Shown: positions 47,269 through 57,301 of the stretch, piece by piece
Position numbering within the stretch: the stretch's first letter is position 1
Layout: each line of letters begins with the position of its first letter
DNA from: a virus
Length of the DNA: 64,000 nucleotides
IMG/VR virus record: IMGVR_UViG_3300035310_000070
Reading direction: 5' to 3' (one strand)
Translations under genes and position numbers: made by a program
Notes under the pieces: model-generated
The model's database searches: none
Told to the model about the DNA's origin: nothing
The model's input: only the letters and a program-made list of their open reading frames with translations

Positions 47269-48390
47269 TTAGGGATTCCCTGACGGTAGCGCACGCTGCC
47301 CAGTTACGATGTCAATTTGGAGTGCATTAGCCAAAGCATCAGCTTGAAGGCCGATGGTCGCCGCAAGCGCTTGGACAACCTCTCGTATGATGGGAACTGG
47401 TACAAAATCGTCGTCGTCATATTGGGCCAGATGAATACGGGTTGCTTCTTCGGCAATTGTGGTGTATGACAGCGCAATCCGGGAGAAGTGGTCTCTGGGG
47501 TTTTCCTTTGGAGTAATACCGAGTCTTTCCTTGAGACCCTGTGCGTCATCGTGGAAAACCCCTTTATACACGACGTTCGTCAAGGAGCCAATAATGAACC
47601 CGAATTGCTTCCTATCCTGGACGAGTGCATAGATTTGGGACACAAATTGCTTGCGCGTTATTACACTCTGTTCCCTAGTTACAATCCATGCTTCTGTTTT
47701 TCCATCCTGTAAGGCTTGTGTCCGCCTTGCGATTGCCAGCCGCTCTGCTGCCCCCTCCGGGTCCCGGCGGGCCTCATCCACAAACACGCCAGCTTTAGCC
47801 AGGAACTCCTTGATGGCCTTTAGTGCAGGACGCGTCTTGGTTATCTTAAGTTCTACCGCGATCCTATACAGACCTTCATCGGTGGTGAAATCCATCGTGA
47901 ATGTCCGACCATCGGCAAAAACGTACAACATCCCCTTGACAAGGGGGAGACCTCCTTTGTGTCTGTCCTTGAAGTTTTCCCACGTATGGCCGGGTCGCGT
48001 GCTGCCAGTGAGACCTGTAATCCAATCCTTGATGCTGAAGAACTCGTTATCCTCAACCTGATGGTGTTGAAGTGGGAAGCTCCACAACCTTGCCACATGG
48101 AGCGGTAGGGGGGTTGAAAGGTCAAGAGTATCCTTGCCATGAAAAGGAACAATAGAGCTCCGGACCATTGCGACCTCTCTAGGATTGGTATATCTCCGCT
48201 GCTTTGGTATGCGCCTGCGCCTAGCTAGCCCGTCAAGGGCATCGACCACCAGTTTGGCATTAGTGGGGTATCTGTCCCCGGCCTTCCACTTCTCAACAGC
48301 GTTGACGGTGACAGCCAACTCAGTCGCCAATGCCGCCAGCGTCCAGCCGTTTTCCTGTAGCTGCGCTATTCTCTCTTGAACATTGTTCAC
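47269..48390 (-). CDS. Xre-HTH plus BRO-N/antirepressor-like protein
   Basis: TLAALATELAVTVNAVEKW; FSIKDWI...ADG...LYRI. Confidence 0.7.
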   Translation of the reverse strand: MNNVQERIAQLQENGWTLAALATELAVTVNAVEKWKAGDRYPTNAKLVVDALDGLARRRRIPKQRRYTNPREVAMVRSSIVPFHGKDTLDLSTPLPLHVARLWSFPLQHHQVEDNEFFSIKDWITGLTGSTRPGHTWENFKDRHKGGLPLVKGMLYVFADGRTFTMDFTTDEGLYRIAVELKITKTRPALKAIKEFLAKAGVFVDEARRDPEGAAERLAIARRTQALQDGKTEAWIVTREQSVITRKQFVSQIYALVQDRKQFGFIIGSLTNVVYKGVFHDDAQGLKERLGITPKENPRDHFSRIALSYTTIAEEATRIHLAQYDDDDFVPVPIIREVVQALAATIGLQADALANALQIDIVTGQRALPSGNP

Positions 48391-48501
48391 GCCGCAATAT
48401 TACCATACGGTGTATGGCTTAGTCAATACGCCTCTGCTCTTGACAAGACCATACAGTGTATGGTATTATACATATGGATTGAGTTGGAGCGTGTAGATAC
48501 A

Positions 48502-49734
48502 ATGGACGCCAGAGAAGAGCGGGGATTGGCAATAGCGGCAAAGTGTAAGATCACCAAGAAGGGCGACGCCTGGCTGGTGCCATCCCAAAGCCAAGACGGT
48601 GAGAAGTACACGGTCATTCCAGGAACGAAATGCTCCTGCCCAGACCACGAGGTTCGCCAGGTCAAGTGCAAGCACCTCTGGGCCGTAGAGTATGTCCTGG
48701 AGCGGGAGACGGCGCAAGACGGGACTATCACCGAAACTGAGACCGTCAAGGTCATCAAGGTCACGCGCAAGACCTATCCGCAGAACTGGCCAGCCTACAA
48801 CGCGGCTCAATCCGAGGAAAAGACTCGGTTCGGCGTCCTGCTGGCGGACCTCTGCAAGGGCATCGAACAGCCCGTCCATGAGGGCAGGGGCCGTCCGGCA
48901 CTCCCCTTGGCCGACATGCTCTTTGCTTCGGCCTACAAGGTCTACACCGGCTTCTCGTCGCGGCGTTTCACCAGCGACCTCCGGGACGCCAAGACCGATG
49001 GCTTGGTTGTCAGCGCCCCGCACTTCAACTCGGTCACAAACTACTTGGCGAACCCTGACATGACGCCGATCCTGAAGCACCTGGTCATGGTCAGCAGCCT
49101 CCCGCTCAAAGCTGTTGAAACTCAATTCGCTGTGGATTCCAGCGGGTTCACCACTTCCAGATTCATTCGCTGGTTCAATAAGAAGTACGGGCGGGAGATT
49201 GATAATCGGGAATGGGTAAAAGTGCATCTGATGTGCGGCGTGAACACCCACGTCGTTACCAGCGTGGATGTGAGCGGATGGGAAGCCAATGATACCAGCT
49301 ACTTCGTCCCGCTCTTGGAGCAGACCGCCCGGAACTTCCAGATGATTGAAGTCTCGGCTGATAAGGCGTACCTGAGCCACAAGAACTTGGCAGCGGTCGA
49401 GGCTATCAACGGTACTCCCTTCGTCCCGTTCAAGAGCAACACCGTCGCCACTACCGAGAACTCGGCCTGGGGCCGGATGTATCATTACTTCATGCTGAAC
49501 CGGGAAACCTTCTTGACTCATTACCATCGCCGCTCAAACGTTGAAACCGTGTTCTCGATGTGCAAGGCGAAGTTTGGGGACTCAGTTCGGAGCAAGACTG
49601 ACACCGGTATGGTCAACGAGGTACTTTGCAAGGTTTTGTGTCATAATATCTGCGTGCTGATCCAGGCAGTCCACGAGTTGGGAGTCGAGCCGAATTTTTG
49701 TGCAGAAATCAGCCTTGCACAAAAAGTGGCCTGA
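48502..49734 (+). CDS. DDE transposase with N-terminal SWIM finger
   Basis: CSCPD...CKH; AVDSSG, ADKAY, YHRRSNVETVF. Confidence 0.93.
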   Translation: MDAREERGLAIAAKCKITKKGDAWLVPSQSQDGEKYTVIPGTKCSCPDHEVRQVKCKHLWAVEYVLERETAQDGTITETETVKVIKVTRKTYPQNWPAYNAAQSEEKTRFGVLLADLCKGIEQPVHEGRGRPALPLADMLFASAYKVYTGFSSRRFTSDLRDAKTDGLVVSAPHFNSVTNYLANPDMTPILKHLVMVSSLPLKAVETQFAVDSSGFTTSRFIRWFNKKYGREIDNREWVKVHLMCGVNTHVVTSVDVSGWEANDTSYFVPLLEQTARNFQMIEVSADKAYLSHKNLAAVEAINGTPFVPFKSNTVATTENSAWGRMYHYFMLNRETFLTHYHRRSNVETVFSMCKAKFGDSVRSKTDTGMVNEVLCKVLCHNICVLIQAVHELGVEPNFCAEISLAQKVA

Positions 49735-49758
49735 AAATGGCATTTCTTGTGCAAAGCC

Positions 49759-49981
49759 GGTTACACCTGCTACCACACCCAGTGCGGTCGACCAACGCTT
49801 TCTGCTGGCTTGCTTCCTCTCGTGTAGGCCATAGCGTGACGGTGAGCACGTTGCAGGGGGCTACCAGCGCATACCGCCCGTCTCCGTCGATCCAAGCACT
49901 GTTCCTACCCCAACGCCGTCTTGCCGCTTGCTTCCAAGATATTACCGTCGCTGTCAACCGCCTCCAGCTGCCTGTATCCAA
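49759..49981 (-). pseudogene. Phage Cys-containing gene truncated by the transposon
   Basis: The frame runs into the right inverted repeat after GCGSRCN. Confidence 0.55.
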
Positions 49982-50208
49982 TCCTGGGCTTCACGGGCCG
50001 CTGCGATGTAGGCCTGAGACACGTTCATGTTTTCCTCTTGCCCGGCTCGATAGGCTGCCCAAATCTTGTTCCGGATGCGAACGGGGAGCCTGTACCAGTG
50101 CTCTCTACACATGAACTTTGCGGGGGGGACTTGTCTGGAACACAAAGGCCAATGGCAGGGATGGTCGCGGGTCTGGCGAGCTGCCCGAACGTGGTCATAT
50201 TTGTTCAT
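49954..50208 (-). CDS. Zn-binding phage protein
   Basis: CHWPLC...FMCREHWYRLP. Confidence 0.75.
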   Translation of the reverse strand: MNKYDHVRAARQTRDHPCHWPLCSRQVPPAKFMCREHWYRLPVRIRNKIWAAYRAGQEENMNVSQAYIAAAREAQDWIQAAGGG

Positions 50209-50363
50209 CCGCCGCCTCCGGCCCGTCGTTCATCATCCGCTTTTTCTGCCGTCCGCCAATTCGGGAACCACACGGCTTCTGATGAACAGGAACATCTAGC
50301 AGTCGAGTAGCCGTCCACCGCGCACCAGTACAACCAGAGGCCCTTGTGTTTCCGCTGCTTCAC
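50205..50363 (-). CDS. Small hypothetical protein
   Basis: GTGA-coupled; GGAGG RBS. Confidence 0.5.
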   Translation of the reverse strand: MKQRKHKGLWLYWCAVDGYSTARCSCSSEAVWFPNWRTAEKADDERRAGGGG

Positions 50364-51262
50364 ATCCCTACCTCCGGCATCTCCCTTACTCGCAAATCCT
50401 CGGGCCACTCGTCCATATCGCCGCCTTTGGAGTCCCATAGCAGGTGTCCCTTGCCGTCCACGCTGTCCCACAGAATCTCAGAGTCAATAGGGTTTCGGCC
50501 AAGCTGTTTCACGAAACACGCCACACCAACCTGCTTGCACTGGTGTACCAGGTCTCTGGCCCAGACCAAGTCCATCGGTCTGGCGCCGGGCCCGGACTCA
50601 CCACCAATGATAACTTGGTGGATAGCCAGTCCCTTGCAGGCGCAGGGCTTCACGCCGCACCCTGAGTACTTGAAGAAGTAGGGCTTTAGGTCCAGAGGGC
50701 CTAGAAGGGGTTCTGCCGACACGAACCGCACCTTGGTCGGCACCTGGGCCAGGATAGGCAGGCGCTCATCCACCAATCGCTGGTTCTCGACCGACACGCC
50801 AAGCCAGACATTGGGTAGGGGCGTCAGCTCTGCTAGCGTGACATTCCCCGGCCCATAGGTGTGGATAAACTCGTGCATCCTCTCAGGTCTTTTGGTCAAA
50901 ACTAAGAAGGTGTGCCAGTGGGCCAGCCGCATAGTCTCCCAAACCTGCGCGACGAACTCGAACGGCACGTCCTTATGGAATAGATCGCTCATGCTGTTCA
51001 CGAACACCCGGCGGGGCTTGCGCCAGCGCAGGGGCATTTCCAGCCGATCCGGATGTAGGTGAACGGCGGCCACTCCAGCCTTGGCCTGGGCATGAACCGT
51101 CCAAGGGACGTGCGGCCCGTCGTGCTGAAAGCGGCGGTCTATCGTCTCTGCGTAGCAATTTAGGCACCCGGGGCTGACTTTTGTGCAACCAGTGACAGGA
51201 TTCCAGGTCATTCCAGGAGACTCATCATCCCCGCGCGTCCACTCAATTTTCGTTTTGCCCAT
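50360..51262 (-). CDS. Phage Gp37/Gp68 (DUF5131) protein
   Basis: TKIEW, WNPVTGCTKVSPGCLNCYA, VNSMSDLFH, GGESG. Confidence 0.95.
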   Translation of the reverse strand: MGKTKIEWTRGDDESPGMTWNPVTGCTKVSPGCLNCYAETIDRRFQHDGPHVPWTVHAQAKAGVAAVHLHPDRLEMPLRWRKPRRVFVNSMSDLFHKDVPFEFVAQVWETMRLAHWHTFLVLTKRPERMHEFIHTYGPGNVTLAELTPLPNVWLGVSVENQRLVDERLPILAQVPTKVRFVSAEPLLGPLDLKPYFFKYSGCGVKPCACKGLAIHQVIIGGESGPGARPMDLVWARDLVHQCKQVGVACFVKQLGRNPIDSEILWDSVDGKGHLLWDSKGGDMDEWPEDLRVREMPEVGM

Positions 51263-51749
51263 TTCTCTTTTCCTGTTCTCTCCTATGATGGCAAGTAGTG
51301 CATACGGCTTGAACATCTTCGTGATGCTGCGAGGCATACCCTAAATAGTGGTCATATTCGTGCCGTCTCTCTCCAACTTCCCAAACGTGTCCGCAATCGA
51401 CACAAGGAATTGCATTCGGATCAAGGATAATCCGGGCGTCTACAAAGTAATTGATTCTTGCCCTTGCCTGTTCCGCATCGCCATCCCGAGCTGGTACAAA
51501 AGAGCGTCCTTTGGGAGGTCGCACTTTTGGCATGTAACGGCTTCTTGCCTGTCTACTACGCGACTCACTACAGGCAGAGTTAAGGCTGTCCCATCGGGAG
51601 GAGTCTTTTGCAAAGAACGTCTTTGGTTGCCAAGTGCGGCAGAGAATACACCACTTTAGACCAAGCGCAATTCGTGACCAATATTCTTCGACTGATAAAC
51701 CAACCTTCTTTGCAGCGATCTTAACAGCCCCAGCTTTTGTTTGTGCCAT
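51243..51749 (-). CDS. HNH-like endonuclease
   Basis: CILC; CVDC...DH...VCTTCH. Confidence 0.8.
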   Translation of the reverse strand: MAQTKAGAVKIAAKKVGLSVEEYWSRIALGLKWCILCRTWQPKTFFAKDSSRWDSLNSACSESRSRQARSRYMPKVRPPKGRSFVPARDGDAEQARARINYFVDARIILDPNAIPCVDCGHVWEVGERRHEYDHYLGYASQHHEDVQAVCTTCHHRREQEKRNGQNEN

Positions 51750-51820
51750 ACTATATTATAGCATGGACGGGTTAATTATCCCATTCTATGCCGGTTGTTT
51801 TCGCCATGGTTGTCTCCGTT

Positions 51821-52018
51821 TCAGCCGGCAGGCTCTGCAAGGGCGCCTAGCAGGTGTTGGTAGGTCGCCTCAGTATCTTCGGGAGTCGGGGTCGGGCTGT
51901 AGGGCTCCAGCTCGGCGGCCACTTTCTCCCGAATCGTCACGTGGAGACCATTTGTGGCTTCGATGAATTTTGTTTTCACTTCTGCTCCGTTGTTCGGGGT
52001 CTTTGTACGGCATGTCAC
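51821..52018 (-). CDS. Hypothetical protein
   Basis: Operon ORF. Confidence 0.5.
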   Translation of the reverse strand: MTCRTKTPNNGAEVKTKFIEATNGLHVTIREKVAAELEPYSPTPTPEDTEATYQHLLGALAEPAG

Positions 52019-52019
52019 T

Positions 52020-53195
52020 CTATTGGCGCAAGGTCGCTTTTACCTGGAAATAGACTTGTTCTAGGTTTTGCCCTGCCAAGTCAGCTGCCCGACTATAACC
52101 CGCGATGCGCAGAACCTCAGCGGGCTGCAGCTTGAAGTCGTCGAAGCAGGCGTGGAACAGGTCCGAGGGCGTGAGCAGAAGTGCCAGGTCGCGGTCTAGG
52201 GTGCGCTCCAGTTGCTCGACGTCATTTTCCCAAGGGATGGCTGCGTCAGGCGTCACCGGGGCGTCGCCGGGGAACAGGTCGTCGGCGTCTCTGTACGGGG
52301 CATTCGGATAATCCGAACGTCTTTCGGCTGCAAGCTCCTCATCGGTCAGACCGCTGCCGCGGACAAAGTCTCCGGGTTTTTGAACTACCTGGCCCTCGAC
52401 CACCTGGCGCTCTTCCTCGGCAAGGTCAAACTCCCCGCTACCCTGGAGCCCCGCCATGTCACTGGGGAACGCCTCCCGGAGGGCCTGGACCACCGCAACC
52501 TTACGGATCATCGTGGCCGGCATCGTCCTCCACAGGTTTCGACCCTTATCGTATTCCTTCAGGGAGACCGAGATGAAGGATGGCTCCTTTCCCTTCCGAA
52601 GGACTTTGCACCAGCCCCCCAAAAGCTCGGCGCCGGGTGCCAGGAACGCGCCAGAGACTTCTTTTAACTGCCCATCAAGCTGGATGATAAGACCGGCCTC
52701 CATCCCGAGGTAATCCGGATGTCTTTCGGCGCGCCGGGTATGGGCCTCTTTCCCGATTATCATGGATGTAGACCGGCCCTGTTGCCCGTCGTACACAACC
52801 AGGTACGCTTCTCCCAAAAAGGGATTGAGCTTTTGGAAGCGACACTTTTGCAAGAAGATGAACGCTTCTTCTGGCGTGGCTTTTGGGCAAAGATACAACC
52901 GGATTGCTTCTACGGAGAGTTCCACGGGCCCGAGGAAGGTCTCGTACTTTACTAGAGTGCTGCTGCCTTCAGATGTCACGTCAATCCATCCTTTCTCTGG
53001 GTGATAGCCCTTTCGCGTCCAGATGTTCGGCTTGATAGCTTTGTGGCCGGCGTCGACCCCGCACCGAAGAATGTAGCGGTCCAGGCCCCAATAACCTCCC
53101 CACGCCACGCTAAGGCGACCACTACAGCCTGGTTCGGCGCAGCGGTGGGACTTGACCAGGCGCCGGGCCTCCGGTTCTTCGATGTGGGTGATCAC
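52020..53195 (-). CDS. Bet/RecT-like single-strand annealing protein
   Basis: LCPKAT..E...LNPF..EAYLV; W..MPATMIRKVA..QALREAFP. Confidence 0.9.
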   Translation of the reverse strand: MITHIEEPEARRLVKSHRCAEPGCSGRLSVAWGGYWGLDRYILRCGVDAGHKAIKPNIWTRKGYHPEKGWIDVTSEGSSTLVKYETFLGPVELSVEAIRLYLCPKATPEEAFIFLQKCRFQKLNPFLGEAYLVVYDGQQGRSTSMIIGKEAHTRRAERHPDYLGMEAGLIIQLDGQLKEVSGAFLAPGAELLGGWCKVLRKGKEPSFISVSLKEYDKGRNLWRTMPATMIRKVAVVQALREAFPSDMAGLQGSGEFDLAEEERQVVEGQVVQKPGDFVRGSGLTDEELAAERRSDYPNAPYRDADDLFPGDAPVTPDAAIPWENDVEQLERTLDRDLALLLTPSDLFHACFDDFKLQPAEVLRIAGYSRAADLAGQNLEQVYFQVKATLRQ

Positions 53196-53368
53196 GGCGG
53201 GGGCGCGGGCGTGGCGTTGGCCGGAGCCCTTAAACCTTCTTTGTCGGACCTCTCCCTGATGAGGACCTCAAGGGCTGCTGTGCGGTTGATCCCCATACGT
53301 TGGGCTATAGCAGCCAGAAGGTCGTTGGCCTCTTTACTGAGGGTGAAGCTGGTTCTTCCTTTTGCCAC
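53192..53368 (-). CDS. Ribbon-helix-helix (CopG-like) regulator (not in the ORF track)
   Basis: GGAGG-GTG; RTSFTLSKEANDLLAAIAQRMGINRTAALEVLIRE. Confidence 0.8.
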   Translation of the reverse strand: MAKGRTSFTLSKEANDLLAAIAQRMGINRTAALEVLIRERSDKEGLRAPANATPAPPP

Positions 53369-53480
53369 GGCGGCCTCCGATAGTGTAGGCCTATGATACG
53401 CCCACTAGCCCTATGTTGCAAGCCAAGGGAGTCAGGAATCCTGGGCATACCGCATCTGCCTCTCTTTTGCGGCCTTGGGG

Positions 53481-53792
53481 TTACGCATCGGGTGCAGTCA
53501 GCCGCTCCCGTACCCAAGAGAGGTCAAGTCCACCCTCGCTCCATCCCTCGAGCAACTTGTCCAGCGTCCGGTAATAGTGCTGCCCAGGGTCCGGCGGGAC
53601 CACGCCCAATATCTCCACCGGGCCATTCACGCTCTTCGCGTAGACTTCGCCCGTGGCCTGGATATAGCTCACCCGCCAATTGGGCCAGCGGCGGGCGCCG
53701 TCGGTCCACCAGACCCCGTAGTCTGACTCGCCGCTGCGACGGCGCCGCGGGTCGTCATCGTAGAACACCTCAATGTTTGGGAAGGTATTCAT
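53481..53792 (-). CDS. Hypothetical phage protein
   Basis: Trp-rich; SGESDYGVWW. Confidence 0.7.
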   Translation of the reverse strand: MNTFPNIEVFYDDDPRRRRSGESDYGVWWTDGARRWPNWRVSYIQATGEVYAKSVNGPVEILGVVPPDPGQHYYRTLDKLLEGWSEGGLDLSWVRERLTAPDA

Positions 53793-53901
53793 CGCTTAGC
53801 TCCAACTCTTAGTTTGCTGTCTGCACAGCTTTGGGTTAAAATAGACAGACTCCTGGCGAGTTTCGCGCCAGGAGTCTTACATCCGGAAGGAGAAGTTCCA
53901 G

Positions 53902-54438
53902 ATGTCAGCGAATTGTAACACTCCTCGGTCCTGTTCCGTCCCTGGTTGTAGCAAGCTCCAAGATTCCCGCGGTTATTGCAAGTCTCATTACTACCGCTGG
54001 TCACGTTATGGGGACCCACTGGGGACCAAACCTCCTCGCCTTACCCGGCCTACTAGTGAACGCTTCTGGGAAAAGGTCGACAAGCTCCATCCGAGCGGAT
54101 GTTGGCTTTGGACGGCCGCGACTAATGGTGATGGCTACGGCACTTTCCATCTTGGTGGTGGAGACCCGATGGTCGGAGCCCATCGCTTCGCTTATGAGGC
54201 TTTGCGCGGGCCAATCCCGCCTGAAATGGAACTTGACCACCTTTGTCGCAATCGCCTGTGCGTTAACCCTGACCATATCGAGCTGGTCACAACCCAAGAG
54301 AATATTAGACGCGGGCATGGCGGCCAACATCAAGCCATGAAAACGCACTGTCCGAGAGGGCACCCTTATGACTTGATAAACACTCGGTTCTACAAGGGAC
54401 GGCGGTTTTGCAGGCAATGTAACGTGAACCGCCTTTAG
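53902..54438 (+). CDS. HNH homing endonuclease, antisense in the early operon
   Basis: CWLWT...AHR.AY...DHLCRNRLCVNPDH. Confidence 0.92.
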   Translation: MSANCNTPRSCSVPGCSKLQDSRGYCKSHYYRWSRYGDPLGTKPPRLTRPTSERFWEKVDKLHPSGCWLWTAATNGDGYGTFHLGGGDPMVGAHRFAYEALRGPIPPEMELDHLCRNRLCVNPDHIELVTTQENIRRGHGGQHQAMKTHCPRGHPYDLINTRFYKGRRFCRQCNVNRL

Positions 54439-55713
54439 CAAGCCACACTGTCTTCTGAGTCGGGCGCAACCTCACCTTCCTGAGCCGCCGGCCTGTCGGT
54501 CGCGCTTATATGCATTGGCATGACCAGCACATCGGGGCTGCCCAAGTTGAAGAATCTCCCCGGAGACGACGGGTCTGAGGTCTCCAGCAGCACCGGCCCC
54601 GACTTCCCTGCCAGGTAATCGTTCAGATACCTGATGTGGAACGCGATTTTGCCCTCGCCGCCCTGGGCGTGGCCGCGAACGCTGCTGGAGACTAGCCCGG
54701 CCTCTTCAGCTTTGGCAGATAAGACCAGACTGTTCTCGGACCAGTTGAGACGGACGCCTTCCGCTTCCGCCGGCCGCGATGTCCGCCAGGGACCTGATGG
54801 CCCGCAACGCTTCCTCGGCGTCAAAAGTCACCTTGTGGGGCAGGTCAGTGGGGATAAGCTGGTGGTAATCAGGGAATGACCCCTGGGTCAACTGGACCCA
54901 GATGGTCACTGCTCCGTGATGAAAGCTCAAGAGCGTCGGAGTGAACCTAATAGCCGCCATGCGGCTGGCCACGGCTAGCATCGCCATCGGGAAGCTCCCA
55001 TCCTTTTTCAGGGGATTGGAGATGCCGGCATCCGGGACCGTGGGCTGCTTTTCTATCAGCTTCCACACCTTGGCCAGGGTGTGCACCGCTGCGGTGGGCA
55101 CCAGCAAGTGTTTCAGCCCTTCCGTGGAAGGGTCGGGCGCAGGTAGAGCCACAGGGATGGTTTGCCAGGCCAGGCGGAAGCCATCGGCGCCGACCATCTC
55201 TACTGGGTCCCCCAGGGCGATGCACACGCACTGCAGGACCGGGCGGCTGTCCTCGGTGGCCGCGTATCCAGCGAGGGCAGTAGCGGTCTTGAGAAAGAGG
55301 TCACCGTCCACCTGGCCCTCACCGATGGGTTGCAGCTCGGGCAAAGATCCCTGGCCCTCACCGATGGGTTGCAGCTCGGGCAAAGGAGGGAAGTCAGCGA
55401 CTTCTCCCGGCACTGGGAAACCAGCAATGGCGGCCCCTGCCGTTAGGTTGATCCACTCGCCTTCACGGCTGAGTGTGAGGCGCGTCGGACCGGGGATATT
55501 CTTCAGCAGATTGAGTACCTGTTTGTGAGGCAAAACTACCGGGTCGTCGGTGGCCTCGGGGAAGTCCAGGTTGATTGCCGTCTCCAGGTTGGTGGCGTAG
55601 GCCCTGCCCTGGCCGAGCACCACGTTTTGTAGGATGGGCAGCGTGGTCCTCTTTGCCACGGCGGGCTCTAGGACTTGGAGTGCATACCTTAATCTTTGCA
55701 CAGTTGTTTCCAT
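54435..55713 (-). pseudogene. dnaN: DNA polymerase III beta-clamp homolog, frameshifted near 54765, with a 39-bp duplication
   Basis: TTLPILQNV, ATNLE, DSRPVL, ADGFRL, GSFPDY; domain 3 (IAFHIRYLND) in another frame. Confidence 0.8.
55311..55385. repeat. 39-bp tandem duplication
   Basis: A 36-bp identical block starts at 55311 and at 55350. Confidence 0.95.
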
Positions 55714-55801
55714 GATTGCCTCCTTGCTTTCTTATTAAAGTCTCGAGCGTGACGCCTTGAATAACCCCGAGCTTATTAAACTATGCTTTATCACCTCCTT
55801 C

Positions 55802-56269
55802 TCAGAACATCCTCGGCCTTTCGATGACGACTGGGGGCGATGGCACCTGGGTGCGGATGTCTTCGCACTCTGGCAGAGGGACCTTATTGCCGTTGCGGTA
55901 CTCGTCCAGATACTGCCCAATTAGCCCGTACTCCGGCGCCACTACGAGCCCACAGCGGTCCCAGTGGTCGTGCCAAATCGCCATACGCAGCCGGGCGATA
56001 TTGTCGAGCTCCACCTGGTAGAAACTGCCTTCCGGGTCTTTGCTTTTGACAAGCACCCTGTCTACTGTATAACCCTTCACCCGCTTGGTCTTCGCTACTT
56101 GCCATGGCCAGCACTCGACTTGAACGTAATCGTCGGCCAGCACCGTGATGATGTCCGGTGGGCGTTTGTCTCCTGGTGGAGCCCCTCCCGAGAAAATGCT
56201 GTTGACCAGGCCCTCCCGGCGGTCGGATAGACGGACCCGCTCGTTGAGTCTGAATGCGTTAGTGTCCAC
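55802..56269 (-). CDS. Hypothetical protein
   Basis: 155-aa operon ORF. Confidence 0.65.
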   Translation of the reverse strand: MDTNAFRLNERVRLSDRREGLVNSIFSGGAPPGDKRPPDIITVLADDYVQVECWPWQVAKTKRVKGYTVDRVLVKSKDPEGSFYQVELDNIARLRMAIWHDHWDRCGLVVAPEYGLIGQYLDEYRNGNKVPLPECEDIRTQVPSPPVVIERPRMF

Positions 56270-56388
56270 AGCTAAAACATCCTCTCTTTCGGACTGTCCG
56301 GGCTCTGCGCAGCCTCCAGCGATTTAAGGTCCTCTTTGGTGAGCCACCCCTGGTCAAACATGTTCTCACCTCTCTAGGAGACCAAAAT

Positions 56389-56423
56389 TGTGACCCGATC
56401 CCCCAAGCGGGGATCGGGTCACA
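56389..56423 (-). terminator. Perfect 15-bp hairpin closing the array transcript
   Basis: TGTGACCCGATCCCC stem, 5-nt loop, then ATTTT on the minus strand. Confidence 0.75.
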
Positions 56424-56591
56424 CCCTGCCGCGCCGCGCCCAGCCGCGCCGCACCAAGCCCTGCCAGGCCAGGCCTAGCCCCGCCCGGCCCCGCCGAGCC
56501 CGGCCTTGCCTCGTCACACCGAAGATGATTACAACCTCGCCTCGCCTCACCACACCACGCCAAGCCTCACCTGGCCGTGCCACGCCCAGCC
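56421..56591 (-). ncRNA. GGY-NN pentamer array A (tracts of 12 and 18 units), candidate guide RNA
   Basis: Every unit is GGC/GGT plus a variable dinucleotide; fills the gap after the ParB stop. Confidence 0.8.
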
Positions 56592-56599
56592 CCGACGTG

Positions 56600-57271
56600 T
56601 TACGCTGATTGTTGCAGCTTCTCGGCCAGCAGCTCAAATAGCCGGTTTAACGTGGCGACCACCTGGCTCCGCTTCCAGTCAATGGAGTCTGTTTCCAGTA
56701 GCGCCACCACCTGGTTGATGTAGAAAAGCTGGTCCATGCCCCCCGCTCGCCGCAAGTGACCCGCTTGTTCCTCAGTCAGTGTCTCGCCCGCCAGGTGCCC
56801 CATCGTGCGTTTGAGAACCTCACCGCTGGCCGCCACGCGCTCCAGCAGCATTTTTTCGGCCCGTTCTACTGTGATGTTTAAGGCCCCGGAAATCACTTCA
56901 CGGGTGATCCCCATCTCTTTAGCGACCAACAAGCACCTGGTTTTATCGTAGAGGGTTAAATTGCGCCCATGCGCTGCGTTCAGCATGACAGCCTCTTGAA
57001 ACATGGAGGCTTCGTCGGGATATGTGCGCAACTCAACGTCAATCTCGGCATTTGGGCCGTGAAGTTTTTGGCTGGCGCGGACCCGGTGGAAGCCGTCGAT
57101 GATCCGCTTGCTCTTGCGGTCTGCGATAACCGGAGGGAATGTCGCGCCTGCGGTCATGGCTTCCGCCATCTCGCGCACATGGTATTCGTCCACCTGGGCC
57201 CGGGGATACAGGTGGAAATCCTGGACTAGAGAACTGGCAGGTATTTTTGTTATGAGCTTTCTTGCTGCCAT
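56600..57271 (-). CDS. ParB/Srx-domain protein
   Basis: FPPVI...IIDGFHRV...LNAAHG. Confidence 0.9.
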   Translation of the reverse strand: MAARKLITKIPASSLVQDFHLYPRAQVDEYHVREMAEAMTAGATFPPVIADRKSKRIIDGFHRVRASQKLHGPNAEIDVELRTYPDEASMFQEAVMLNAAHGRNLTLYDKTRCLLVAKEMGITREVISGALNITVERAEKMLLERVAASGEVLKRTMGHLAGETLTEEQAGHLRRAGGMDQLFYINQVVALLETDSIDWKRSQVVATLNRLFELLAEKLQQSA

Positions 57272-57301
57272 AGTGCCCCCTCAAAACCGGATTAGGGTTA
57301 G

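Larger units (their letters stand above)
45881..49760. mobile_element. IS5/IS903-like composite transposon with restriction-modification cargo
   Basis: 21-bp inverted ends CCGGCTTTGCACAA(C/G)AAATGC with 1 mismatch; subterminal CCTGCACAAATAATCG x2. Confidence 0.9.
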
